NCBI GenBank assembly: GCA_035512575.1 | Contig: DATKDT010000073.1 | Span: 1,519 to 65,518, forward strand | DNA: 64,000 bases | Direction: 5' to 3' | Source of the DNA: Vicinamibacterales bacterium | Lineage (GTDB): Bacteria > Acidobacteriota > Vicinamibacteria > Vicinamibacterales > SCN-69-37 | In this document: piece after piece, positions 1 to 12,432 of the stretch | Position numbering within the stretch: the first letter of the stretch is position 1 | How the letters are laid out: the number at the start of each line of letters is the position of its first letter | The notes under the pieces: model-generated | Told to the model about the DNA's origin: nothing | Seen by the model: only the letters and a program-made list of their open reading frames with translations | The model's database searches: none | Translations under genes and position numbers: made by a program

Positions 1-59
1 CGTGCTCGCCGACACCCGGTACGCGTCCATGAAGGAGTTGGGAAGGTTATAGGGAGGGG

Positions 60-194
60 AATTGTAAATCGTAAATTGTAAATAGCATTGGCTATCGGGT
101 CATCGATCGGCTCTTGGCCCGGAGGGTGATCCGAACGCCCCTGCGGCTCGATAGCTCAATAGTCAATGCTATTTACAACTTACAATTTACAATT
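60..194. repeat. AT-rich palindromic intergenic element, copy 1 (31-bp terminal inverted repeats built from TGTAAAT/GTAAAT units)
   Basis: Arms 60-90 and 164-194 are reverse complements (29/31 by hand alignment). A homologous copy lies at 3947-4056. The arms are strongly AT-rich in GC-rich DNA. Confidence 0.8.
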
Positions 195-207
195 AGGCGA
201 ACTGCGA

Positions 208-2148
208 ATGTCTCCATCCTTTTACCTCACGACGGCCATCGACTATGTGAACAGCCGTCCGCACCTCGGGACCGCCTACGAGAAGATCGCGGCGGACGTC
301 ATCGCGCGCTACAAGCGGCTGATGGGCGTCGAGACGCGGTTCGTCATGGGCAACGACGAGCATTCGCAGAACGTCTTCAGGAAGGCGCGCGAGCTGGGTC
401 TCGACCCGGTCGCGTACTGCGATCGGATGGAGCAGGAATTCCGCAGCACCTGGGACCGCCTCGATATCTCGTACGACGACTTCATCCGCACGACCGAGCC
501 GCGCCACCGCGCGGGTGTGCAGGAGCTGATGCGGCGCTGCCGCGAGGCGGGCGACATCTACGAGGGCGTCTACGAAGGCTGGTACTGCGTCTCGTGCGAG
601 GCGTTCAAGCAGGAGAAGGATCTGGTCGACGGCAACTGCCCGGTCCACCTGACGAAGCCCGACTGGATTCGCGAGAAGAACTACTTCTTCCGCCTGTCGA
701 AATACACCGCGCCGCTGCGCGCGCACTTCGAGGCGCATCCGGAGTTCCTCGAGCCGGACGTGCGGCGCAACGAGATCCTGCGGCTGCTCGAATCGGGGCT
801 CGAAGACATTTCGGTCAGTCGCGCCGGACAGTCGTGGGGCATTCCGGTGCCGTGGGACGAGGGCAGCGTCGTGTATGTCTGGTTCGACGCGCTCATCAAC
901 TACGCCTCGGCGGTGGGGCTGGGCACCGACGAGGCGATGTTCGCGAAGTGGTGGCCCGCGGATCTGCACGTGATCGGCAAGGACATCACGCGCTTTCACT
1001 GCGTGATCTGGCCGGCGATGCTCATGAGCGCGGGCCTGCCGGTGCCGAAGCAGGTCTTCGGCCACGGCTGGGTGCACACGCGCGGCATGAAGATGAGCAA
1101 GAGCCTCGGGACGGTGATCGATCCGCTCGACGCGTCGGCGAAGTACGGCGCGGATCCGCTTCGGCTCTATCTCACGAAGGAAATCGCGTTCGGATCGGAC
1201 GGCGACTTCACGTGGGAGCGCTTCGAGGAGCGCTACAACGTCGACCTGGCGAACAACTACGGCAACCTGGTGAGCCGCATCGCGGCGATGGCGGATCGCT
1301 ATCGCCAGGGCACGGTCACGGCGACCGGGGCGACGGAAGGGCAGCAGGCTGCGAACACACGCCATTTCGTGGATGAATGGCGGAGAGCGATGGAGTCATT
1401 CGAGCTGGAGCGGGCAGCCGGGGCGGCCTTTCGACTGATCGACAGTACGAACGAGTTCATCGCGGTCCACGAGCCGTGGAAGCTTGCGAAGGATCCGGAG
1501 TGGAGCGCCGCGCTCGACCAGGTGCTGTGGGACGCGTCGGAGGCGCTGCGCGTGGCAACCGTCATGCTCACGCCGTTCATGCCGCGATCGACCGCCGAGA
1601 TTCTGCGCCGGCTGGGTGACGGCGCCCCCGACGCGCGCGCGCTCGAATGGCGCTCGGCCGGGTCGCGCGTCATCGAGAAGGGCGCGAACCTGTGGCCGCG
1701 CATTGATACTGAGGAGAAGACCGTGGAGAACAAGGACCTGAAGCCCGAGATGGTGCCCGGCGTCACGCCTGGCGCGGGTACGCATTCGCCGCAGCAGCCG
1801 GCGGCAGACGCGCCTCCAGCGCCGCGAATCACCATCGACGACTTCATGAAGGTCGATCTGCGCGTGGCGAAGGTACTCGCCGCCGAGCGCGTGCCCAGGT
1901 CGAAGAAGCTGATCAAGCTCACGCTCGATCTCGGCTTCGAGCAGCGCACGCTCGCGGCCGGCATCGCCGAGGCGTACGAGCCGGAAGCCCTGGTCGGCCG
2001 GCACGTCGTCATCGTCGCCAACCTCGAGCCGCGCGCGATCATGGGCATCGAGTCGAACGGCATGGTGCTCGCGGCCAGTCCCGACGGCGGGCAGCCGACG
2101 TTGATCGGCTTCGATGTGCCCCCAGACCTTGGTAGTCGGGTGCGGTGA
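208..2148 (+). CDS. metG: methionyl-tRNA synthetase with C-terminal tRNA-binding (EMAP-like) domain
   Basis: ORF 166-2148, with the start moved to ATG 208 (MSPSFYLTTAIDYVNSRPHLG). Has the class I aaRS HIGH-type motif (PHLG) and KMSKS (KMSKSLG). C-terminal KVDLRVAKVLAAERVP...GMVLAAS matches a tRNA-binding domain. Confidence 0.95.
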   Translation: MSPSFYLTTAIDYVNSRPHLGTAYEKIAADVIARYKRLMGVETRFVMGNDEHSQNVFRKARELGLDPVAYCDRMEQEFRSTWDRLDISYDDFIRTTEPRHRAGVQELMRRCREAGDIYEGVYEGWYCVSCEAFKQEKDLVDGNCPVHLTKPDWIREKNYFFRLSKYTAPLRAHFEAHPEFLEPDVRRNEILRLLESGLEDISVSRAGQSWGIPVPWDEGSVVYVWFDALINYASAVGLGTDEAMFAKWWPADLHVIGKDITRFHCVIWPAMLMSAGLPVPKQVFGHGWVHTRGMKMSKSLGTVIDPLDASAKYGADPLRLYLTKEIAFGSDGDFTWERFEERYNVDLANNYGNLVSRIAAMADRYRQGTVTATGATEGQQAANTRHFVDEWRRAMESFELERAAGAAFRLIDSTNEFIAVHEPWKLAKDPEWSAALDQVLWDASEALRVATVMLTPFMPRSTAEILRRLGDGAPDARALEWRSAGSRVIEKGANLWPRIDTEEKTVENKDLKPEMVPGVTPGAGTHSPQQPAADAPPAPRITIDDFMKVDLRVAKVLAAERVPRSKKLIKLTLDLGFEQRTLAAGIAEAYEPEALVGRHVVIVANLEPRAIMGIESNGMVLAASPDGGQPTLIGFDVPPDLGSRVR

Positions 2149-2933
2149 TCGACAGTCACTGCCACCTGGCCGGCGGGGAGTTCGCCGGCGATCTCGACGC
2201 CATCGTCGCGCGCGCGCAGGCCGCCGGCGTGGCGCGCGCCGTCGTCATTCTCTCGGCCACCGACGATGCGGAGCTGGCGCGGGCCGATGTGGTGAAGGCG
2301 GCCTGGCCGGTGGTGCGGTTCGCGTGCGGCGTGCATCCGCACGAGGCGGGGAAGTTCAGCGAGGCGCCCGAGTCGGCGGCCGGCGCGCTGCGCGCGCTCG
2401 TGGCCGGCCGCGCGGACATCCGGCTCGTCGGGGAGATCGGGCTCGACTATCACTACGACTTCGCGCCGCGCGACATCCAGCAGCGGGTGTTCCGGGCGCA
2501 GGTCGCGGCTGCGCGCCAGCTGGGCATGCCGGTCGTGATCCACACGCGCGAGGCGTGGGCCGACACCGTCGCGATTCTGCGCGAAGAGGGCGCCGGCGAC
2601 GTCGGGGGGATCTTTCACTGCTTCACGGGCAGCGAGGCCGAGGCGCGCGAGGCGCTCGACGCGGGCTTCTGCCTGTCGTTTTCCGGCATCGCCACCTTTC
2701 CCAAAGCCGACACCATCCGCGCCGCGGCACGGCTGACGCCGTCCGATCGGCTGCTCACGGAAACCGATGCCCCGTTCCTGGCGCCCGTGCCGTACCGGGG
2801 CAAGCGGAACGAGCCGGCCTTCGTGGTCGAGGTGACGCGGGCACTGGCCGCGACCCGGGGGGAGCCGATCGAGGCCACGGCGCGGAGCGCCGCGGCTACG
2901 CTCGACTCCCTGTTGGCCCGTCGCGTAAACTGA
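2145..2933 (+). CDS. TatD-family metal-dependent hydrolase/DNase
   Basis: N-terminal IDSHCHL, then GEIGLDYHYD and HCFTG motifs typical of TatD/YcfH. The GTG start overlaps the metG stop (GTGA). Confidence 0.85.
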   Translation: MIDSHCHLAGGEFAGDLDAIVARAQAAGVARAVVILSATDDAELARADVVKAAWPVVRFACGVHPHEAGKFSEAPESAAGALRALVAGRADIRLVGEIGLDYHYDFAPRDIQQRVFRAQVAAARQLGMPVVIHTREAWADTVAILREEGAGDVGGIFHCFTGSEAEAREALDAGFCLSFSGIATFPKADTIRAAARLTPSDRLLTETDAPFLAPVPYRGKRNEPAFVVEVTRALAATRGEPIEATARSAAATLDSLLARRVN

Positions 2934-2938
2934 GCGCA

Positions 2939-3934
<996 letters not shown>

Positions 3935-3946
3935 GCTCGCACACCT

Positions 3947-6118
<2,172 letters not shown>

Positions 6119-6138
6119 TCGAGGCACTGATCGTACCG

Positions 6139-7614
6139 ATGCGCCGTTTCCTTGCCGTTGCCGTCGTCCTCGTGGCCGTCGTGGCCTTCATGGTTGGGCT
6201 GGTTGTCGCCGGCTCCGGCATTCGCATGCCTGCCGGCCCGCTGATGACGATGTCGAAGGGTGGCGTGGCGGCCGGAACGGCCCCGCTGCAGGCCCCGCCG
6301 GCCGTGCTGGCCCCGGCAGGGATGGCGACCGGGATCGACTTCGCGGAAGTGGCGGGGCGGATGAACGCCGCGGTGGTCAACGTCGACGCGAGCTCGCGCT
6401 CGGGCCGCGGGCGCCGCGGCGACCTCGATCAGCAGCGCGAGGGCCCCAGGCAGGGGGCCGGCAGCGGCTTCGTCATCGACGCCGACGGCTACATCCTGAC
6501 GAATTTCCATGTCATCGACGGCGCCGATCGGATCACGATCACGCTGGCCGACGGCCGCGCGCTGCGCGCGCGCGTGGTGGGCACCGACCCGGCGATCGAC
6601 GTCGCGCTGCTGTCGATCGACGCGGGCGCCGCGGCGCGGCTTCCGGTCGCGGAGCTCGGCGACTCCGACCGGCTGCGCGTCGGCGAGTGGGTCTGCGCGA
6701 TCGGCAACCCCCTCGGCTACGTCCATTCGGTCACGGTGGGCGTCGTGTCGTTCATCGGGCGCAAGCTCTTCGACCCGAGCCTCGACGACTACATCCAGAC
6801 CGACGCGGCCATCAATTTCGGCAACAGCGGCGGGCCGCTGATCAACGCGCGCGGCGAGGTGGTCGGCATCAACACCGCCATCAGCTCGCAGGCCAACAAC
6901 ATCGGCTTCGCCATTCCGATCAATCAGGTGCGCGCGGTGCTGCCGCAGCTCAAGAGCCGCGGCCGCGTGGCGCGAGGCTTCATCGGCGTGACGCTCGAGA
7001 CGCTGACGCCGGCGCTGCAGCGCGCGCTCGGGCTCACCACCGGGAGCGGCGCGATCGTACAGGAGGTCACGCCCGACACGCCCGCGGAGCGCGCGGGCCT
7101 GCGCGTGTACGACGTCATCCGCTCGGTGGACGGCCATGACGTCGACTCGAGCGACGAGCTCATTCGCGACGTCTCGGGACGCCAGCCCGGCAGCGTCGCG
7201 CGGCTGCAGGTGGTGCGCGACGGCCGCGAGCAGGACGTGCTCGTCAAGCTGACGGAGCGGCCGCTGACCGACGCCGCCGGCGACGATGTCCGGCGGCCCC
7301 CGCAGCCGGCCGACAGCACGCAGCCGCCGCTCGGCCTCGTCGTGCGCAACGTCGACGCGTCGACGACGCAGCGGTATGGCCTGCCGTCGACGCTGACGGG
7401 CGTGCTGGTGACGCGCATCGAGCCGGCCAGCGTCGCGCAGGTGGCCCGCCTGCGCCGGGGCATGGTGATCCTGGAAATCAACCGGCGGCGCATGACGTCG
7501 GTCGACGACTACGAGCGCACGATCGCGCGCGCGCGGCCCGGCGACGTCCTTGCGCTCTACGTGTACGATCCGCTCGCCGAGCAGCGCTCCATCCTTACCA
7601 TCACGATTGAATGA
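6139..7614 (+). CDS. HtrA/DegP-family periplasmic serine protease with PDZ domains
   Basis: In-frame ATG at 6139 (MRRFLAVAVVLVAVVAF, signal/TM). Trypsin-like motifs FHVIDGA, DVALL and GNSGGPLIN, followed by two PDZ-like C-terminal segments. Confidence 0.85.
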   Translation: MRRFLAVAVVLVAVVAFMVGLVVAGSGIRMPAGPLMTMSKGGVAAGTAPLQAPPAVLAPAGMATGIDFAEVAGRMNAAVVNVDASSRSGRGRRGDLDQQREGPRQGAGSGFVIDADGYILTNFHVIDGADRITITLADGRALRARVVGTDPAIDVALLSIDAGAAARLPVAELGDSDRLRVGEWVCAIGNPLGYVHSVTVGVVSFIGRKLFDPSLDDYIQTDAAINFGNSGGPLINARGEVVGINTAISSQANNIGFAIPINQVRAVLPQLKSRGRVARGFIGVTLETLTPALQRALGLTTGSGAIVQEVTPDTPAERAGLRVYDVIRSVDGHDVDSSDELIRDVSGRQPGSVARLQVVRDGREQDVLVKLTERPLTDAAGDDVRRPPQPADSTQPPLGLVVRNVDASTTQRYGLPSTLTGVLVTRIEPASVAQVARLRRGMVILEINRRRMTSVDDYERTIARARPGDVLALYVYDPLAEQRSILTITIE

Positions 7615-8981
7615 AGCCGCGCATCCTCGTCATCGACGATGAGCAGGGCATCCGCGAGTCCATGCGGATGATCCTCGAATACGAAGGCTACGACGTCCTG
7701 CAGGCCGGATCGGCGCAGGAGGGCATGACGCTCCTCGCGCGCGAGCATCCGGATCTGGTGTTTCTGGACATCAAGATGCCCGGCATGGACGGGCTCGAAG
7801 CGCTCGGCCGCATCAGGGCGGCGCACGACGCGCTGCCGGTGGTGATCGTCTCGGGGCATGGCACCGTGAGCACGGCCGTCGAGGCGACGCGCAAGGGCGC
7901 GTTCGACTTCATCGAGAAGCCGCTCGAGCGCGAGCGCGTGCTGCTGACCATCCGCAACGCGCTCGACCAGAGCCGGCTGCGCGACGAGAACGTCACCCTG
8001 AAGCGCGCCGTCGAAGTGCGCCACCAGATGGTGGGCGAGAGCGCCGGCATGCGCGCCGTCATGGAGCAGGTCGGCCGCGCCGCGCCCAGCAACGCCACGG
8101 TGCTGATCCTGGGCGAGAGCGGCGTCGGCAAGGAGCTGATCGCCCGCGCTATCCACCGCAACTCCAACCGCGCGCGCGAACGGTTCGTGCAGGTCAACTG
8201 CGCGGCGATTCCCGAGGAGCTGATCGAGTCCGAGCTGTTCGGGCACGAGAAGGGATCGTTCACGGGCGCCACCGAGAAGCAGATCGGCAAGTTCGAGCAG
8301 GCCGACAAGGGCACGATCTTTCTCGACGAGGTCGGCGACATGAGTGCGAAGACGCAGGCCAAGGTGCTGCGCGTGCTGCAGGAAGGCGAGGTCGAGCGGC
8401 TCGGGTCGGCGCGCACCATCAAGGTCGACGTGCGCGTGATCGCGGCCACCAACAAGGATCTGGAAGAGGAGATCGCGCAGAACCGCTTCCGCGAGGACCT
8501 GTACTACCGGCTGAAGGTCATTCCGATTGCGGTGCCGCCGCTGCGCGATCGCCCGCAGGACACGCCGCTGCTCATCCGGCACTTCGCGGATCTGTTCAGC
8601 CGCGACAACAACCGCAAGCCCGCGCGCTTCACGCCCGCGGCCATGGACCTGCTGCAGAACCACCGCTGGAAGGGCAACGTGCGCGAGCTGCGCAACACCG
8701 TGGAGCGGCTGATCATCATGTCGCCCGGCGACACGGTGGACGTGCCCGACGTGCGCGGCGTGCTGCGCGTGGAGCCCGGCTCCAGCGCCGACCAGGCGCA
8801 GGGCGACAAGCCCGGTACGCTGCGCGGGTTCAAGGAAACGGCCGAGCGCGCGTTCCTAGTGGACAAGCTCCGCGAACACAACTGGAACATCTCGAAGACC
8901 GCCGAGGTCATCGACACGCCGCGCAGCAATCTCTACAAGAAGCTCGAGCAGTACGGGATCAAGCAAGAAGCGGACGGATAG
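7611..8981 (+). CDS. sigma-54-dependent response regulator (NtrC family)
   Basis: Receiver domain (ILVIDDE...LDIKMPGMDG). AAA+ sigma-54 interaction domain (GESGVGKE, ESELFGHEKGSFTGA, RVIAATN). C-terminal Fis-type HTH (NISKTAEVIDTPRSNLYKKL). ATGA overlap with the upstream protease gene. Confidence 0.9.
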   Translation: MKPRILVIDDEQGIRESMRMILEYEGYDVLQAGSAQEGMTLLAREHPDLVFLDIKMPGMDGLEALGRIRAAHDALPVVIVSGHGTVSTAVEATRKGAFDFIEKPLERERVLLTIRNALDQSRLRDENVTLKRAVEVRHQMVGESAGMRAVMEQVGRAAPSNATVLILGESGVGKELIARAIHRNSNRARERFVQVNCAAIPEELIESELFGHEKGSFTGATEKQIGKFEQADKGTIFLDEVGDMSAKTQAKVLRVLQEGEVERLGSARTIKVDVRVIAATNKDLEEEIAQNRFREDLYYRLKVIPIAVPPLRDRPQDTPLLIRHFADLFSRDNNRKPARFTPAAMDLLQNHRWKGNVRELRNTVERLIIMSPGDTVDVPDVRGVLRVEPGSSADQAQGDKPGTLRGFKETAERAFLVDKLREHNWNISKTAEVIDTPRSNLYKKLEQYGIKQEADG

Positions 8982-8986
8982 GGGCT

Positions 8987-9120
8987 GGTTGTCGGTTGTG
9001 GGTTGCCGGTTGTCGGTGTGAGCCGGCCGCCACAACGGGCGGCCGGCTAGTCTCGATTAGCCGCGCGAGCGTTGTGTCGCGTGGCTCTCACCGGCAACCG
9101 GTTACCGGCTACCGGCAACC
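8987..9120. repeat. inverted pair of 4 x 7-bp tandem arrays (GGTTGYS / GGYWACC) flanking a GC-rich hairpin
   Basis: 8987-9014 reads ggttgtc ggttgtg ggttgcc ggttgtc. 9093-9120 reads ggcaacc ggttacc ggctacc ggcaacc, the complementary units. The hairpin agccggccgcc/ggcggccggct lies at 9021-9048. Confidence 0.8.
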
Positions 9121-9142
9121 GACTGGTATCATTGACCTGCTG

Positions 9143-9569
9143 CAGTGATCCAGACAACCGCCCGCCGTAGCTCGCGCAAGCGAGCGAAGGTGGGAGGAAA
9201 GTCCGAACTCCGATGGGCAGTGCGCCGGGTAACGCCCGGTCAGGGCAACCTGAAGGACAGTGGCACAGAAAACACACCGCTGACGTCCGCCGCAAGGCGG
9301 GCAAGCAAGGGTGAAAAGGTGCGGTAAGAGCGCACCGCGCCGGCCGTAAGGCTCGGCGGCAGGCAAAACCCCGCACGGAGCAAGGCCAAATAGGGAAGTG
9401 TGGACCATAGCCCGCAAGGGCGATGGTCCAAAAGGACGGCCCGTCCGAGACTTCCGGGTAGGCTGCTCGAGCCTGGCAGTAATGCCAGGCCTAGAGGAAT
9501 GGTTGTCGTCCGCCGAAGCTGGCCGCAAGGCCAGCGTAGGTGGAACAGAATTCGGCTTACGGATCGCTG
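9143..9569 (+). ncRNA. rnpB: RNase P RNA, bacterial type A
   Basis: Conserved GGGAGGAAAGTCCG (about 9191), ACAGAAAACACACC, GGTAAGAGCGCACC and 3' ACAGAATTCGGCTTAC. P1 pairing links cagtgatcc (9143) with ggatcgctg (9561-9569). The overlapping ORFs are Arg-rich and not protein-like. Confidence 0.9.
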
Positions 9570-9589
9570 TAGCCTTACAATCTCCTTTC

Positions 9590-10780
9590 ATGCGTCAGCA
9601 CATCTGCGTTCTGGGCGCCGCCGCGCTCGTGGTCTCGACATCCGTGCTCGCAGGCCAGGGCCGCGGGCAGGGCCAGGGCGTGCCGCCGCTGCCCAATGGC
9701 GAGTGCCCGCCCGGGCATACCCTCGTGCGCATCGGGCGCTGCCAGGCGCCCGAGGTGCCGCCGCCCAGCATTCTCGACTACCGGCCGACATCCACGCTCG
9801 TCGTCGACGAGCATGTGGTTCCGAAGGCGAAGTTCCCGGTCGTCGACATCCACAGCCACCAGACGGCGACCGCCGGGAACATGCCGCAGCTGATCGCGGA
9901 GATGGACGCGCTGAACCTCCGTGTGCTCAACAATCTGAGCGGCGGCAGCGGCGCCGAGCTGAAGGCGAAAGTCGACACGATCCGCAGTAGCCCCTACAAG
10001 GACCGTTTCACCGTCTTCGCCAGTCCCGACTTCCGCGGCGTCGCGCCCGGCTGGGGCGCGAAAGCGGCCGCCCAGCTCGAGGAGGATGTGCGCAACGGCG
10101 CCATCGGCCTCAAGATCTTCAAGAACCTCGGCATGACAGCCACGCGGGCCGACGGCTCGCGCCTCGCCGTGGACGATGCGGAGCTCGATCCGCTCTGGGC
10201 GGCCGCCGGCCGGCTCAACGTGCCGGTGCTGATTCATGTCGGCGAGCCGCCGACCTTCTTCCAGCCGCCCGACTACACCAACGAGCGGTGGCTCGAGCTC
10301 GCGCTGTTTCCCAGCCGCCGCAACTACGATCCGTCGAAGGTGAAGTTCGAGCAGCTGATCGCCGAGCGCGATCGCATGTTCGCGAAGCACCCGAAGACGC
10401 GGTTCATCGCCGCGCATTTCGGCTATCACGGCCACGACCTGAAGACGGCCGCGGCGCTGCTCGATCGGCTGCCGAACGTCTATCTCGAAGTGGCGGCCGT
10501 GCTCTACGAATTCGGCCGCCAGCCGCGCACCGCCGCCGCCTTCTTCACGAAGTACCAGGATCGCGTGATGTTCGGCAAGGACACGTACGCGCCGGCGGAA
10601 TACCCGTATTACTGGCGCGTGTTCGAAACGGGCGACGAGTACTTCGACTATTACCGCGACTATCACGCGTTCTGGAAGCTGTACGGGATGGACCTGTCCG
10701 ACGCGGTGCTGCGCAAGCTGTATTACGGCACGGCGCTGGCCGTGACGCCCGGACTGCCGCGCGACGGATGGCCCCGCTAG
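9590..10780 (+). CDS. amidohydrolase-family (TIM-barrel metal hydrolase) protein, secreted
   Basis: In-frame ATG at 9590 (MRQHICVLGAAALVVSTSVLAGQ, signal peptide). VVDIHSHQ metal-binding start, LIHVGEP, and AAHFGYHGHD typical of Amidohydro_2-like proteins. Confidence 0.7.
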   Translation: MRQHICVLGAAALVVSTSVLAGQGRGQGQGVPPLPNGECPPGHTLVRIGRCQAPEVPPPSILDYRPTSTLVVDEHVVPKAKFPVVDIHSHQTATAGNMPQLIAEMDALNLRVLNNLSGGSGAELKAKVDTIRSSPYKDRFTVFASPDFRGVAPGWGAKAAAQLEEDVRNGAIGLKIFKNLGMTATRADGSRLAVDDAELDPLWAAAGRLNVPVLIHVGEPPTFFQPPDYTNERWLELALFPSRRNYDPSKVKFEQLIAERDRMFAKHPKTRFIAAHFGYHGHDLKTAAALLDRLPNVYLEVAAVLYEFGRQPRTAAAFFTKYQDRVMFGKDTYAPAEYPYYWRVFETGDEYFDYYRDYHAFWKLYGMDLSDAVLRKLYYGTALAVTPGLPRDGWPR

Positions 10781-10782
10781 CC

Positions 10783-11745
10783 ATGCGCCGCTGCCTCGTC
10801 ACCGGCGGCGCGGGCTTCATCGGCTCGCATCTCGCCGCGGCGCTGGCGGCCCGCGGCGACCGCGTGCGCATCGCCGACGACTTCTCGACCGGCTACCACC
10901 ACAACCTGGCCGTCAATCCCGGCGCGGAGTTCCTCGAAGGGGACCTCGCGGATCCGGCGTTCGCCGCGCGTGCCGTCGACGGCATGGCGCTCGTCTTTCA
11001 CCAGGCCGCGATTCCGTCCGTGCCGCGTTCGGTGAAGGACCCGGTCGCGTCGCATCGCGCCAACATCGACGCCACGCTCAACGTGCTCGAGGCGTCCCGC
11101 CGCGCCGGCGTGCGGCGCGTCGTGTACGCCGCATCCTCGTCGGCCTACGGCGATACGCCGGTGCTGCCGAAACACGAAGACATGCCGCCCAATCCGCAGT
11201 CGCCCTACGCGCTGCAGAAGCTCGTGGGCGAACAGTACGGGCAGCTGTTCACGCGACTCTACGGGCTCGAGACCGTTTCGATCCGTTATTTCAACGTCTT
11301 CGGGCCGCGACAGGATCCGACGTCGGCCTACTCCGGCGTGATCTCGCAGTTCGCCAGGGCGCTGCTCGACGGCCGGCCGCCCACCATCTACGGCGACGGC
11401 GGGCAGACGCGCGACTTCACGTACATCGACAACGTCGTCGACGGCGTGCTGCGCGCGGCGGATGCGCCGGGCGCAAGCGGGGAAGTGATGAACGTCGCGA
11501 CCGGCGGCCGCATCTCGCTGCTCGAGCTGTTCGCCGCCATGAAGCGCATCACCGGCGCGAACGTCGAGCCGATCTTCACCGATGCGCGGCCTGGCGACGT
11601 GCGCGACTCGCAGGCCGACATCTCCAAGGCGAAGCGCCTGCTCGGCTACGAGCCGGTCGTGCCGTTCGAAGAGGGCCTGCGCCGCACGATACACTGGTAT
11701 CGCGAGTCGATATCGACGCAGCCCGCACCCGCGTCGAAAGCCTAG
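10783..11745 (+). CDS. NAD-dependent nucleotide-sugar epimerase (WbpP/TviC-like UDP-sugar 4-epimerase)
   Basis: In-frame ATG at 10783 ([17 protein letters not shown], Rossmann GxxGxxG). ASSSSAYG and YALQK (YxxxK) catalytic motifs. RYFNVFGPRQDP. Confidence 0.85.
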   Translation: MRRCLVTGGAGFIGSHLAAALAARGDRVRIADDFSTGYHHNLAVNPGAEFLEGDLADPAFAARAVDGMALVFHQAAIPSVPRSVKDPVASHRANIDATLNVLEASRRAGVRRVVYAASSSAYGDTPVLPKHEDMPPNPQSPYALQKLVGEQYGQLFTRLYGLETVSIRYFNVFGPRQDPTSAYSGVISQFARALLDGRPPTIYGDGGQTRDFTYIDNVVDGVLRAADAPGASGEVMNVATGGRISLLELFAAMKRITGANVEPIFTDARPGDVRDSQADISKAKRLLGYEPVVPFEEGLRRTIHWYRESISTQPAPASKA

Positions 11746-12305
11746 AAGGCGATCCGCGCGCGAATGGCGCGCGGGGCGATGCTCAGCGTAAGCCGTGTGC
11801 CGCGCCCGCCGCGCGCCGCGCGGTTCGCGTCGAAGATCGTGTCACGCCCCTTGACACCCGCGTCGATGGCCCACCCCAGCCCCGCGCCAATGAGCGGGAG
11901 CCCCACGAGCGCCGCGGACGATACGGTTTCACACAGGCTCTGCAAGAAATCGTTCGCGCAGTCCCTGCTGGCGACGACCAGCACGCCCACGCCCAATCCG
12001 GCAAGAGCGCCGGTAAGCGCTCCGTTTCCGGCGCCGTCAGGCTTCTGCACCTTGGCAATGTCTGCCATTGCGAGCGTGAGCGGGCCGGAGCGGGTGGCGA
12101 CAATCATCGACGTACCGGTGATGGCGCCTGCGGTGCCCTCGATGCTCTCGCCCCCCGACGTCGTCACGAACACGATCGCGCCGCGCCGGACCTTGCGGGC
12201 CCACTCGGGCGCCTCGGTCTGTGCCGCCACGGCGGCCGGCAGGCTGAGAGAGGCAGACATCAGCAGGATGGTCACTGTGACTGGACGAATGGATGTTCTT
12301 GTCAT
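11742..12305 (-). CDS. hypothetical secreted/outer-membrane protein with Gly-zipper segment (paralog A)
   Basis: Signal peptide (LLMSASLSLPAAVAAQ), Gly/Ala zipper GALTGALAGLGVGVLV, and C-terminal ARIAF. Clearly similar to ORF 12433-12978. Confidence 0.6.
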   Translation of the reverse strand: MTRTSIRPVTVTILLMSASLSLPAAVAAQTEAPEWARKVRRGAIVFVTTSGGESIEGTAGAITGTSMIVATRSGPLTLAMADIAKVQKPDGAGNGALTGALAGLGVGVLVVASRDCANDFLQSLCETVSSAALVGLPLIGAGLGWAIDAGVKGRDTIFDANRAARGGRGTRLTLSIAPRAIRARIAF

Positions 12306-12432
12306 GCGAACCAGTGACGGAACGGCGCTGACTTGTTACAGACGTGATGTCGCTGTTCAGAGAGAGGGCGCCGGCGTATCAATGCGCCGGCGCTTCGAGA
12401 TCCTCAAGCGCCTGACCATGAAGGCCTGGACT

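Noticed and set aside
1-30. Possible 5' end of a leftward gene (ATG at 30 on the minus strand, MDAYRVSAST...)
   Set aside because: Only 10 codons fall within the window and there is no clear ribosome-binding site. It cannot be supported.
60-207. T-box or other riboswitch leader upstream of metG
   Set aside because: The region is a near-perfect AT-rich palindrome that recurs upstream of ligA. That recurrence is not expected for an amino-acid-specific leader, and no specifier or T-box consensus was recognisable by eye.
9020-9048. GC hairpin after the NtrC-type regulator gene as an intrinsic terminator
   Set aside because: The stem is good (11 bp) but no T-run follows. It is kept only as part of the larger inverted heptamer structure.
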